Assembly: GCA_035935465.1 (NCBI GenBank)
Contig: DASYXA010000062.1
Span: forward strand, 3,989-67,988
DNA from: Candidatus Limnocylindria bacterium
GTDB taxonomy: Bacteria; Chloroflexota; Limnocylindria; P2-11E
Length of the DNA: 64,000 nucleotides
Reading direction: 5' to 3'
The notes below the pieces were generated by a model, which searched no databases, was not told where the DNA came from, and saw only the letters and a program-made list of their open reading frames with translations. Within the stretch, counting starts at the first letter, position 1; every line of letters begins with the position of its first letter. The translations under genes were made by a program, and so were the position numbers. Shown piece by piece: positions 44,225 through 53,899 of this stretch.

Positions 44225-45376
44225 GTGCCGGTCGGCCCGTTCGGTCTCGACCCCGCCATCTGGGCGGTGCTCCGCCTCGTGATCGCGGTGGCGCTCGCCG
44301 TCTTCCTCGTGCTCAACGGCGCGCTCGCGCAGATCTTCCTCGAGCGGAAGATCCAGGCGGTGATGCAGGACCGGCTCGGTCCGTATCACACCGGACCGTT
44401 CGGGTTGCTCCAGACGTTCGCCGACGCGATCAAGCTCCTCAGCAAGGAGGACATCCGCGCGAAGCTCACCGACGCGCCGTTCTTCCTCGCCGCGCCGGCG
44501 ATCGTGTTCAGCCCGATGCTCGCGTCGTTCGTCGTGCTGCCGTTCGCCCCCGACTTCGTCGGGGCCAACCTGAACGTCGGTCTCCTGTATCTGACGACGC
44601 TCGGCTCGATGACCGTCCTCGGCATCGTCATCGCCGGCTGGGCGTCGAACAACAAGTACTCGCTCATGGGCGGCCTGCGGTCGGCCGGCCAGCTCATCTC
44701 CTATGAGGTCCCGCAGATCCTCGGGCTCGTGACCGTCGTCCTGTACGTCGGCTCGCTCTCGATGGTCGACATCACGAACTCGCAGCCCGGGCTCCTCGTG
44801 AACGCGCTCATCCTGCCGTTCGCCTTCGTCACCTACCTGATCGCCGCGCTCGCGGAGACGAACCGCAACCCGTTCGACCTGCCCGAGGCCGAGTCCGAGC
44901 TGGTGGCCGGCTTCCTCACCGAGTACTCGGGGATGCGTTGGGCGGTGTTCTTCCTCTCCGAGTACGGCGAGGTCACGGTCGTGTCCGCGATCATGGCCAC
45001 CCTCTGGTTCGGCGGCTGGCACGGTCCCGGCGTCGACGCCGTGCCGATCCTCGGGATCCTCTGGTTCACGCTCAAGACCTACGGGTTCGTTCTGCTGTTC
45101 ATGTGGATCCGCGCGACGCTGCCGCGCCTTCGGATCGACCAGCTCATGGGGTTCTGCTGGAAGGTCCTCATCCCGCTGGCGCTCGTGAACATCATGGCCT
45201 CGGCCGTGATCATCCTCGCGTTCGCCGACCCGCGTCTGCCCCTCGCGGTCGTGAACTGGCTGCTCGTCGCCGGGCTCGTGTTCGGCCTTCCGTTCACGCA
45301 GCGCCGCCGGCTGCTCGGGTTCCGCAAGCGCACCCGTGAGAGCGTCGCCCTGCGCGACGTGCGCCTGTCGCCCTGA
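44225..45376 (+). CDS. nuoH: NADH-quinone oxidoreductase subunit H
   Basis: ERKIQAVMQDRLGP, ADAIKLLSKE, ETNRNPFDLPEAESELVAG. Confidence 0.95.
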   Translation: MPVGPFGLDPAIWAVLRLVIAVALAVFLVLNGALAQIFLERKIQAVMQDRLGPYHTGPFGLLQTFADAIKLLSKEDIRAKLTDAPFFLAAPAIVFSPMLASFVVLPFAPDFVGANLNVGLLYLTTLGSMTVLGIVIAGWASNNKYSLMGGLRSAGQLISYEVPQILGLVTVVLYVGSLSMVDITNSQPGLLVNALILPFAFVTYLIAALAETNRNPFDLPEAESELVAGFLTEYSGMRWAVFFLSEYGEVTVVSAIMATLWFGGWHGPGVDAVPILGILWFTLKTYGFVLLFMWIRATLPRLRIDQLMGFCWKVLIPLALVNIMASAVIILAFADPRLPLAVVNWLLVAGLVFGLPFTQRRRLLGFRKRTRESVALRDVRLSP

Positions 45377-45876
45377 TGTTCGACTTCTTCGAGCCCCTGT
45401 TCTTCGCGCTCTTCGCGATCGGGGTCATCGGCGCGGGCGCCGCGGTCGTCGTCCTGCGCCGGATCACCGCGCAGGCGCTCCTCATGGCGCTCACGTTCGC
45501 GTGCATGGCGGGGATGTTCCTGCTGCTCGGTGCGGAGACGATCGCGCTGTTCCAGGTGCTCATCTACGTCGGCGCGATCACGATCCTCATCCTGTTCGGC
45601 GTGATGTTCACGAAGCAGGACGAGCGCCCGTACGGCCTGTTCTTCCAGGAACAGACGCCGTGGGCCGCGGCGGTCGTCGTCGTGATCGCGCTGCCGGTCA
45701 CGCTCCTCGCGTTCTCGTTCAAGGATCCGGCGACGCCGTCGGCGAAGGGCGGCGATCTCATCCCGCTCGCGGCGAGCCTGTTCCGGGACTACGCGTTCCC
45801 GTTCGAGGTCGCGTCCGTCCTGCTGCTCGCCGCCCTCGTCGGCGCGATCGTGCTCGTGAAGCAGGACGAACGTTGA
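45376..45876 (+). CDS. nuoJ: NADH-quinone oxidoreductase subunit J
   Basis: QVLIYVGAITILILF, PFEVASVLLLAALVGAI. Confidence 0.92.
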   Translation: MFDFFEPLFFALFAIGVIGAGAAVVVLRRITAQALLMALTFACMAGMFLLLGAETIALFQVLIYVGAITILILFGVMFTKQDERPYGLFFQEQTPWAAAVVVVIALPVTLLAFSFKDPATPSAKGGDLIPLAASLFRDYAFPFEVASVLLLAALVGAIVLVKQDER

Positions 45877-46202
45877 CCGTCCCCCTCGGCGCGTTCATCG
45901 CGGTGTCGGCGGTGCTGTTCTTCATCGGGGCCGCGGGCGTGCTGGTCCGTCGCAACGCGGTCGTGATCCTCATGTGCGTCGAGCTGATGCTGAACGCGAG
46001 CAACCTCGCCCTCGTCGCGTTCGCTCGCCGCGCCGGGCACCTCGGAGCGGGGAACCCGCTCGACCAGCGGGGCAGCGTCTTCGTCGTGTTCGTGTTCGTC
46101 GTCGCGGCGGCCGAGGTCGCGGTCGGCCTCGCGATCGTGCTCGCCGCGTACCGCAACCGGCCGACCGTGAACGTGGATGAGCTGCACGAGATGAAGGGAT
46201 GA
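45873..46202 (+). CDS. nuoK: NADH-quinone oxidoreductase subunit K
   Basis: RRNAVVILMCVELMLNA, VAAAEVAVGLAI; TTG start overlapping nuoJ stop. Confidence 0.93.
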   Translation: MTVPLGAFIAVSAVLFFIGAAGVLVRRNAVVILMCVELMLNASNLALVAFARRAGHLGAGNPLDQRGSVFVVFVFVVAAAEVAVGLAIVLAAYRNRPTVNVDELHEMKG

Positions 46203-46295
46203 CCACGAGCGAGGCCGGGCTGTGCCCGGGCGAGCGAGTCCCACCAGCCTTGGGCATCTGCGCGCGAAGCGCGCAGGTCAGGCAGGGCTGAGCGC
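46199..46295 (+). repeat. Short intergenic element between nuoK and nuoL; related copy at 49732-49817
   Basis: Shared TGACC..ACGAG..GGCTGTGCC.GG..GCGAG..CCACCAGCC core. Confidence 0.45.
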
Positions 46296-48215
46296 GTGAT
46301 CCAGGACGCCTGGCTCATCCCGGCCTTCCCGCTCGCCGCGTTCTTCGTCAACGTGCTGCTCGGGCGCCGGTGGCTCAAGCACTGGACCGGACCGATCGCG
46401 GCGCTCGCGGTCGGCGCGTCGGCCGTCGTGGCGATCGGCATCTTCCTCGAGGTCCGCGCGGGCGCGGAGCGCACCATCGTGCCGCTCTACGAGTTCATGA
46501 CCGTCGGTGACTTCAGCGTGAACGTCGCCGCGCTCATCGATCCGCTCTCCACGGCGATGCTGCTCGTGGTCACGGTCGTCTCGTTCCTCATCCACGTCTA
46601 CGCCATCGGCTACATGGCCCACGACCACGGGTTCTGGCGCTTCTTCAGCTGGTTCCCGCTGTTCGTGTTCGCGATGCTCATCCTCGTCATGGCCGACAAC
46701 TACCTCGTGATGTTCGTCGGCTGGGAGGGCGTGGGCCTCTGCAGCTACCTGCTCATCGGCTTCTGGTTCGAGCGGCCGGAGCCCGCGGGCGCCGCGAAGA
46801 AGGCGTTCGTGATGAACCGGATCGGCGACTGGGGCTTCACGATCGGGATGATCACCACATTCCTCGTGTTCGGCTCGATGAATTTCCTCGATGTCTTCGA
46901 CCGCGTCGCGAAGGACCCGCCCGCGCAGGGCGTCCTCTCGCTCATCGGCCTCGCGTTCTTCCTCGGCGCGACCGGGAAATCGGCGCAGCTGCCCCTCTAC
47001 TCGTGGCTGCCCGATGCGATGGAAGGCCCGACGCCGGTCTCGGCGCTCATCCACGCCGCGACGATGGTGACCGCCGGCGTGTATCTGATCGCCCGCTCGA
47101 CGCCCATCTACGAGGCGGCCGGCCCGGTGCTCGCCGGCGTTGGCGGCGTCGGCGCGCTCACCGCGATCTTCGCCGCGACGATCGCGCTCGTGCAGTTCGA
47201 CATCAAGCGCGTGATGGCCTATTCGACGGTGAGCCAGCTCGGCTACATGTTCCTCGCCCTCGGCGTGGGCGCGCCGATCGCGGCGATGTTCCACCTCATC
47301 ACGCACGCGTTCTTCAAGGCCCTCCTGTTCCTCGGCTCGGGCTCGGTCATCCACGGGATCGGCGACGTCCAGGACATGCGCCGGATGGGCGGCCTGCGGT
47401 CGAAGATGCCGCTCACCTACTGGACCATGGTCATCGCCGGGGGCGCGCTTGCGGCCCTGCCGCCGCTGGCCGGGTTCTGGTCGAAGGACGAGATCCTCGG
47501 CTCGGCCTTCACCAACGGCTACCCGGTCCTCTGGGTCGTCGGCGTCTTCACCGGCGGGCTCACCGCCTTCTACGTCACCCGCGCGATCTGGCTGACGTTC
47601 CACGGCCAGCCGCGCGACCGCCACCTCTTCGAGCACGCGCACGAGTCGCCGCGGGTCATGACCGTGCCGCTGCTCGTGCTCGCCGCCGGCAGCGTGCTCG
47701 TCGGGTTCATCGGGTTCCCACCCGATCACGGGTTCCTGCATGCCTTCCTCGGTCCGGTGGTCGAAGCCGGCGCGGCGAAGGGGCTTCGTCCGATCGACAC
47801 CGGCACGAACTGGCCGCAGTTCCTCATCTTCGCCGCGATCTCGACCGGCGTCGGGATCGGCGGGATCCTGCTGGGCCTGTCGATGTACGCGCGCGGCCGG
47901 CCCGACCCGGCCGCGGTGTCGCGCGCCGCGGGTCCGTACTACGACGTGCTCACCAACAAGTACTACGTCGATGAGATGTACGACCGCCGCTTCGTCGAGG
48001 TGGCCAAGGCCGTCGCCGGGGCGGCGTGGGCGTTCGACATCCACATCATCGACGGGCTCGTGAACCGCCTGGGCTGGGCGGTCAAGCTCGGCGGCAGCGG
48101 GCTGCGCCGCGCGCAGACCGGCATCGTCGGCAACTACGCGCTCTCGGTCGTCGCCGGGCTGCTCCTCATCATGGCCGTGTACGGCGGGTACGCGACGGGA
48201 TGGCTGCGTCGCTGA
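46296..48215 (+). CDS. nuoL: NADH-quinone oxidoreductase subunit L
   Basis: GWEGVGLCSYLLIGFW, NRIGD, KSAQLPL..WLPDAMEGPTPVSALIHAATMV. Confidence 0.96.
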   Translation: MIQDAWLIPAFPLAAFFVNVLLGRRWLKHWTGPIAALAVGASAVVAIGIFLEVRAGAERTIVPLYEFMTVGDFSVNVAALIDPLSTAMLLVVTVVSFLIHVYAIGYMAHDHGFWRFFSWFPLFVFAMLILVMADNYLVMFVGWEGVGLCSYLLIGFWFERPEPAGAAKKAFVMNRIGDWGFTIGMITTFLVFGSMNFLDVFDRVAKDPPAQGVLSLIGLAFFLGATGKSAQLPLYSWLPDAMEGPTPVSALIHAATMVTAGVYLIARSTPIYEAAGPVLAGVGGVGALTAIFAATIALVQFDIKRVMAYSTVSQLGYMFLALGVGAPIAAMFHLITHAFFKALLFLGSGSVIHGIGDVQDMRRMGGLRSKMPLTYWTMVIAGGALAALPPLAGFWSKDEILGSAFTNGYPVLWVVGVFTGGLTAFYVTRAIWLTFHGQPRDRHLFEHAHESPRVMTVPLLVLAAGSVLVGFIGFPPDHGFLHAFLGPVVEAGAAKGLRPIDTGTNWPQFLIFAAISTGVGIGGILLGLSMYARGRPDPAAVSRAAGPYYDVLTNKYYVDEMYDRRFVEVAKAVAGAAWAFDIHIIDGLVNRLGWAVKLGGSGLRRAQTGIVGNYALSVVAGLLLIMAVYGGYATGWLRR

Positions 48216-49735
48216 TGGACCACCTGCTGACGCTCCTCGTCGTCATCCCCGTCGCGGGGCTCATCCCGCTCGTCGTCTTCTTCCGCGACGCCCGCGCGGT
48301 GAAGCAGGTCGCGATCGTCACGACGTTCATCGAGCTCGTCGTCTCGCTCGTGATGCTCGCGCAGTTCCACGTCGGCGAGGCGGGCTTCCAGCTCACGGAA
48401 TCGGCGGCCTGGCTCCCGAGCTTCGGGATCCGCTACGAGCTCGGCGTGGACGGGATCTCGGTCCTGCTCATCCCGATGACGACGCTGCTCACCTTCATCT
48501 CGGTCCTGTACTCGAGCGGCGGCGCGATCAAGGAGCGCATCGGGGAGTTCATGGCCGCGTTCCTCCTCCTCGAGGTCGGCATGGTCGGCGTCTTCATGGC
48601 GCTCGACCTGTTCCTGTTCTACGTGTTCTTCGAGCTGATGCTCGTCCCGATGTACCTGATCATCGGCATCTGGGGCGGGCCGCGGCGCGTGTACGCGACG
48701 CTGAAGTTCGTCCTGTTCACGCTCGCCGGATCGCTGCTCATGCTCGTGGGCATCATCGCGGTCTACCTGCAGAGCGGCGAGGCCGGCGATCGCACGCTCT
48801 CGCTCCCCGAGCTGCTGACACGCTCCGACCGGTTCCCGCCCGACTTCCAGTTCTGGGTGTTCCTCGCGTTCGGCCTCGCGTTCGCGATCAAGATGCCGAT
48901 GTTCCCGTTCCACACCTGGCTGCCCGACGCCCACGTCGAGGCGCCCACGGCCGGATCGATCGTGCTCGCGGGCGTGCTGCTGAAGGCCGGCGGCTACGGC
49001 TTCCTGCGCTTCGCGGTGCCGCTCTTCCCGATCGGCACCCAGGCCTGGCTGCCGATCCTCATCCTCCTGTCGGTCGTCGCGATCCTCTACGGCGCCGTCG
49101 TGTCGGTCGTGCAGAAGGATCTCAAGAAGCTCGTGGCGTACTCATCGGTCGCCCACATGGGCTTCGTGACGCTCGGGATCTTCGTCCTCAACCAGCAGGG
49201 CGGCGTCGGCGCGGTCCTGCAGATGCTGAACCACGGGTTCGTGACCGGCGCGCTCTTCCTCTTCGTCGGGATCCAGTACGAGAAGACGCACCGGCGCCAG
49301 ATCGCCGACCTTGGCGGTCTCGCGAACCAGTGGCCGCTCTACACCGCGTTCTTCGGGGTCTTCACGCTCGCATCGCTCGGGCTGCCGGGGCTCAATGGCT
49401 TCGTCGGCGAGTTCCTCGTGCTCCTCGGCACGTTCAAGTTCAACCCGGTGGGGGGCCCGGGCGGCCTGTTCTGGGGACCGCTGGCCGCCCTCGGCGTGAT
49501 CCTCGCGGCCGTCTACCTGCTCTGGATGTTCCAGCGCGTCATGTTCGGGACCCTCCGCGAGGCGTACCGCGCGCTGCCTGACCTCTCGCCGCTCGAGGTC
49601 GCCTGCGCCGTGCCGCTCCTGGTGCTCACCGTGCTCCTGGGCGTGTTCCCGCAGCCGGCGATCGCGATCATCGCGCCCTCGGTGCAGCGGGCACTCGCCA
49701 TCGCGACCCACGCGTCGGCGGTGGTCCTGAAGTGA
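48215..49735 (+). CDS. nuoM: NADH-quinone oxidoreductase subunit M
   Basis: FYVFFELMLVPMY, KMPMFPFHTWLPDAHVEAP, LKAGGYG, LPGLNGFVGE. Confidence 0.96.
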   Translation: MDHLLTLLVVIPVAGLIPLVVFFRDARAVKQVAIVTTFIELVVSLVMLAQFHVGEAGFQLTESAAWLPSFGIRYELGVDGISVLLIPMTTLLTFISVLYSSGGAIKERIGEFMAAFLLLEVGMVGVFMALDLFLFYVFFELMLVPMYLIIGIWGGPRRVYATLKFVLFTLAGSLLMLVGIIAVYLQSGEAGDRTLSLPELLTRSDRFPPDFQFWVFLAFGLAFAIKMPMFPFHTWLPDAHVEAPTAGSIVLAGVLLKAGGYGFLRFAVPLFPIGTQAWLPILILLSVVAILYGAVVSVVQKDLKKLVAYSSVAHMGFVTLGIFVLNQQGGVGAVLQMLNHGFVTGALFLFVGIQYEKTHRRQIADLGGLANQWPLYTAFFGVFTLASLGLPGLNGFVGEFLVLLGTFKFNPVGGPGGLFWGPLAALGVILAAVYLLWMFQRVMFGTLREAYRALPDLSPLEVACAVPLLVLTVLLGVFPQPAIAIIAPSVQRALAIATHASAVVLK

Positions 49736-49817
49736 CCGAACGAGTCGCGGCTGTGCCGGGCCGGGCGAGCTCCACCAGCCCCGCGCCGTCTCGGGCCGGC
49801 GGACGGAGATCGAGCCC
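49732..49817 (+). repeat. Short intergenic element between nuoM and nuoN, bounded by GTGAC direct repeats
   Basis: Similar to 46199-46295; GTGAC at 49732 and 49818. Confidence 0.45.
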
Positions 49818-51269
49818 GTGACGATCGACGACGTCATCACGATCCTGCCGGAGATCGCCGTCACCGTCACGGCGTCGCTCGTGCTCGTCGCCGACGCGAT
49901 CCTCGACCGCAAGGTCGCGCGCACCTGGCTGCCGCTGCTGGTGGTGCTCGGGCTCGTCGTCGCGATCTTCACCGGCCCGATGATCGTGGCCAGCCACACC
50001 GCATTCGGCGGCTTCGTGGTCGTCGACACGTTCACGGCCTTCTTCCGGGTCCTCTTCTGCGTGCTCGCGATCTTCGCGACCGTCGTCGCGCCCGAGTACC
50101 TCGAGCGGCGGCAGATCCCGGCCGCCGAGTTCTACGCGACGATCCTCTTCTCGACCGTCGGCGCGATGACCATCGCCCTCGCGACGGACCTCATCACGGT
50201 GTTCATCGGCCTCGAGCTCATGACCATCCCGATCTACGTCCTCGCGGGCATGAGCCGGCGCGATCGGTACAGCAACGAGGCCGCGCTCAAGTACTTCCTG
50301 CTCGGCGCGTTCAGCTCGGCGCTGCTCCTGTACGGCTTCGCGTGGCTGTACGGCCTCGCGGGCACGACGACCTTCGCCGGGATCGCCGCGGCGCTCGCGG
50401 TCCATGGCCTGACCGACGGCGCGACGCTCGTCGCGCTCGCGCTCGTGACCGTGGGGCTCGCGTTCAAGGCCGCGGTCGTGCCGTTCCATCAGTGGACCCC
50501 CGACGCGTACGACGGCGCGCCGACCCCCGCGACGGCGTTCATGAGCGTCGCGCCGAAGGCGGCGGCGTTCGCCGCGATCCTCCGCCTGATGATCGGCAGC
50601 CTCGGGCCCCTCGGGCTCGACTGGAGCGCGGTGTTCGCGATCCTCGCCGCGCTCACGATGACCGGCGGCAACGTCGTCGCGCTCGTGCAGGGGAACGTGA
50701 AGCGGATGCTCGCGTACTCGAGCATCGCGCACACCGGATACATCCTCGCCGGCGTCGCCGCGTACCAGGCCGGGGCCTCGGCGTCGGCGGCGGTGCTGTT
50801 CTACGTGTTCGCCTACGGGATCATGAATCTCGGCGCGTTCGCGTGCCTCATCTATCTCGACCTCGACGGCACGCGCGGCGCGACGCTCGACGAGCTCAAC
50901 GGCTTCGCCCGGCGCAAGCCCGCGGGCGCGCTCGCGTTCGCGGTCTTCCTCGTCTCGCTCACCGGGATCCCGCCGACGATCGGGTTCGTCGCGAAGGTGT
51001 TCATCCTCCAGCCCGTGCTGGACGCGGGCTTGGTCTGGCTCGCGGTCGTCATCGCGCTCAATGCGGTGCTCGCGGCGTTCTACTACCTCCGCGTCGTCGT
51101 CCACCTGTACATGTACGACGCCGACGCGAACGCGCCGCGGCTCCTGCGGACCGACCTCCTGTCGGCCGGCCTCGGCATCGCCGGGCTCGCGGTGGTCGTC
51201 ATCGGGATCCTCCCCGACGGCCTGTACCGCTGGGCCCTGGCGGCAGCCGCGCCGTTCGTCCTGCGCTAG
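49818..51269 (+). CDS. nuoN: NADH-quinone oxidoreductase subunit N
   Basis: EAALKYFLLG, FKAAVVPFHQWTPDAYDGAP, KRMLAYSSIAH, TGIPP. Confidence 0.96.
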   Translation: MTIDDVITILPEIAVTVTASLVLVADAILDRKVARTWLPLLVVLGLVVAIFTGPMIVASHTAFGGFVVVDTFTAFFRVLFCVLAIFATVVAPEYLERRQIPAAEFYATILFSTVGAMTIALATDLITVFIGLELMTIPIYVLAGMSRRDRYSNEAALKYFLLGAFSSALLLYGFAWLYGLAGTTTFAGIAAALAVHGLTDGATLVALALVTVGLAFKAAVVPFHQWTPDAYDGAPTPATAFMSVAPKAAAFAAILRLMIGSLGPLGLDWSAVFAILAALTMTGGNVVALVQGNVKRMLAYSSIAHTGYILAGVAAYQAGASASAAVLFYVFAYGIMNLGAFACLIYLDLDGTRGATLDELNGFARRKPAGALAFAVFLVSLTGIPPTIGFVAKVFILQPVLDAGLVWLAVVIALNAVLAAFYYLRVVVHLYMYDADANAPRLLRTDLLSAGLGIAGLAVVVIGILPDGLYRWALAAAAPFVLR

Positions 51270-51643
51270 CGCGACGGCAACAGCCGCTCGCCGGCGAGCC
51301 CGCCGAGCGCGCCGAGCGCGGCCGCGCTGGCGAGCGGGATGAGGATCCCGGGGAGCTCGAGGACCACCAGGCTGCCGAAGCGCGAGACCGGCGCGAACGA
51401 CGGGGTGAACGCCTGGTGCATCTGCGTCGCGAGGATGCTGCCGAGGAACAGCGAGAACAGCAGCGCGACCGGCGCGGCCGCGGCGCCGAGCCGGCCCGCG
51501 ATCACGCCGGCGCAGACGAGGATCCCGGCGCTCACGCCGAGCAGGATGACCGGTGGCACCGGCAGCGGCTCGGTGAGGCCCCACCAGAACGCGAGGCCCG
51601 TCGTCGTCGCGAGCACCGACGCGAGCATCCGGGCCATGGTCAC
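51266..51643 (-). CDS. Hypothetical membrane protein
   Basis: Several hydrophobic segments; GTGA coupling to the upstream gene. Confidence 0.7.
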   Translation of the reverse strand: MTMARMLASVLATTTGLAFWWGLTEPLPVPPVILLGVSAGILVCAGVIAGRLGAAAAPVALLFSLFLGSILATQMHQAFTPSFAPVSRFGSLVVLELPGILIPLASAAALGALGGLAGERLLPSR

Positions 51644-52014
51644 GGCGCGGCACGCCGCGCGCGCAGCGCACGGGTGCGGACCGCGCCGCCGAGCTGACCG
51701 GCGATCGCGCCGCCGATCTCGTACGGGACGAACGCGATGAGCAGCTGTAGCTCGAAACCGAGAAGCACCCCGAGGTCGTTCGCGTACGAAACGCGCGGCC
51801 AGTACTGCACCAGTCCCGAGAGCAGGACGCCCGCGATCACGGCGAGCCCCCCGGCGAGGGCGGCGCGACCGCCGGCGAAGAACCCGGCACCGGCCGACGC
51901 GGCGAGCAGGTACGCGATCGCGAGGAGCGCGGAGGTCCCGACCCATTGCTGGATCCGGAGCAGGACCACGAGATCGGCGGCCGCGGTCACGACGATCGCG
52001 GCCGCGAGCCGCAT
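51640..52014 (-). CDS. Hypothetical membrane protein
   Basis: 4 hydrophobic segments; coupled to the M24 gene. Confidence 0.7.
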   Translation of the reverse strand: MRLAAAIVVTAAADLVVLLRIQQWVGTSALLAIAYLLAASAGAGFFAGGRAALAGGLAVIAGVLLSGLVQYWPRVSYANDLGVLLGFELQLLIAFVPYEIGGAIAGQLGGAVRTRALRARRAAP

Positions 52015-53117
52015 CAGCGCACGGTCGCGAGCGCGCGGTCGACGCGGTTCAGGGGCTCGGCGGCACCATCGTCGCCGATGATCGCGATGTCCTCGATGCG
52101 GATCCCGAACCGCCCCGGCAGGTACACGCCCGGCTCGATCGAGAACGCCATGCCCGGCTCGAGGCGCTCGTCGTTCCCGCCCACCAGGTACGGATGCTCG
52201 TGGCCGTCGAGGCCGATCCCGTGACCGAGGCGGTGGATGAAGCGCTCGCCGTAGCCGGCCGCGGCGATGACGGCGCGCGCGGCCGCGTCGACCGAGCCGG
52301 CGGAGGCGCCCGCCCGAGCCGCGTCGTAGCCGGCCCGCTGCGCGCGAAGCACGACGTCGTGCACGCGCGCGACCTCGGCGCCCGGGTCGCCGCCCACCTG
52401 GACGGTGCGCGTGATGTCTGAGCCGTAGCCGGCGCGCGTGCCGCCGAAATCGAGGACCACCGTGTCGCCGCGCGCGATCCGGCGCTCGCCGGTGCTGTGG
52501 TGCGGTGACGCGCCGTTCTCTCCGGATGCGACCATCGTGAACAGCACCTCGTCATGGCCCTCGGCGCGGAGCAGGGCGGCGAGATCCGCGCCGACCTCCT
52601 TCTCGGTGCGCCCGGCGAACTCGAGATCGAGTGCGCGCAGGTAGGCGCGATCCGCCGCAGCCGACACGGCGCGCAGCGCGTCGAGCTCGGCCCGATCCTT
52701 CCGCATCCGGAGGTCGCGCGTGATCTCCGACGCGGCCCGGAACGCGCGCCCGGGGAGCGCGGCCTGGAGCCGCAGCGCGAATGACGCCCACATCTGGTCG
52801 GCGAGGGCGATCGCGCCGGGCTGCGTGACGAGCGACGCGGCGAGCGCGTACGGGTCGCTCGTCTCGTTCCAGGTCGCCCGCGGCAGGTCCGGCGCGGCGA
52901 CGGCGGCGCGCGGCGCCTCGAGCTCGGGGAGAACGAGCGTCGCGGTCCCGTCGTTGGCGAGGACCAGGCAGGTGAGCCGCTCGCTCGAGAAGATCCGATA
53001 GCCGCTGAGGTACGTCAGATCCGAACCCGGCGCGAGCAGCAGCGCCGCCACGCCCGCCTCGCGGCAGCGGGCGGCGGCTCGCGCGCGACGTGCGGGGTGG
53101 TCCATCACGGTCGGCAT
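52014..53117 (-). CDS. M24 family Xaa-Pro peptidase
   Basis: LDFGG, GSDITRT, HRLGHGIGLDGHE, FSIEPG, IRIED. Confidence 0.92.
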   Translation of the reverse strand: MPTVMDHPARRARAAARCREAGVAALLLAPGSDLTYLSGYRIFSSERLTCLVLANDGTATLVLPELEAPRAAVAAPDLPRATWNETSDPYALAASLVTQPGAIALADQMWASFALRLQAALPGRAFRAASEITRDLRMRKDRAELDALRAVSAAADRAYLRALDLEFAGRTEKEVGADLAALLRAEGHDEVLFTMVASGENGASPHHSTGERRIARGDTVVLDFGGTRAGYGSDITRTVQVGGDPGAEVARVHDVVLRAQRAGYDAARAGASAGSVDAAARAVIAAAGYGERFIHRLGHGIGLDGHEHPYLVGGNDERLEPGMAFSIEPGVYLPGRFGIRIEDIAIIGDDGAAEPLNRVDRALATVR

Positions 53118-53122
53118 GGGAT

Positions 53123-53734
53123 GTGCGTCCTGACTATCGCATAGGAAAACGGTCGCTACCGCTCGTCGTGGGCGGAGCGCTGCTCCTTGCGGGCATCCTT
53201 CTCCTCGGGAGCCTCGGCGGCTCGTCGCAGCCGCCGAGCGCCGCGCCGACGCCGGTCGCCAGCGCGTCGCCCACGCCCGGCCAGAGCGCCGCGTCCGCGA
53301 CGCGCGATCCGCGCGCGCCGATACCGGCCGGCTATCGCATCCAGATCCCGCGCCTGGGGATCGACCTGCCGATCGCCGAGGGTGACGTCGTGCGCGACAT
53401 CGATCAGCAGAAGACGCCCGAGGGATCCGCGTTCCACCTGCCCGGGACGTCGATCCCCGGTCTCGGCGGCAACACCTATCTGTACGCGCACGCGCGCACC
53501 GGGATGTTCCTCTCGCTCTGGAACGCGCGGCCCGGCGACGAGGTGTTCATCTCCACACCGGATCTGCGGGCGCTGAAGTACGTCATCAGCGAAGTGCACC
53601 CGCGGGTCGCGCCCGACGACGTGTCGTGGGTGCAGCCGACGAACGGGGAGCGGCTCACGCTCCAGACCTCGACCGGACCGAAGGCGTCGGATCCGCGCTT
53701 CGTCGCCATCGCGGTCCCCGCAACGACGCCATGA
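53123..53734 (+). CDS. Sortase-fold membrane protein with Ser at the catalytic Cys position
   Basis: TM anchor, Pro/Ala/Ser linker, IQIPRLGID, YAHAR, LTLQTS, PRFV; start uncertain. Confidence 0.8.
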   Translation: MRPDYRIGKRSLPLVVGGALLLAGILLLGSLGGSSQPPSAAPTPVASASPTPGQSAASATRDPRAPIPAGYRIQIPRLGIDLPIAEGDVVRDIDQQKTPEGSAFHLPGTSIPGLGGNTYLYAHARTGMFLSLWNARPGDEVFISTPDLRALKYVISEVHPRVAPDDVSWVQPTNGERLTLQTSTGPKASDPRFVAIAVPATTP

Positions 53735-53899
53735 CGCGGCGGTAACGCCGGCGTATCGCATCGCGACAAAGGCCAGGCGGCTCACCAAGCCCTTCTCCCG
53801 CACGGCCTGTCCGGCGCACGGACAGGCGCGCGCGCCCGGGACAGGCGTCGGTACCGGTCCTGCCTCGGCGGCACTCCCAGACGACCGGGGGTGTGATCG

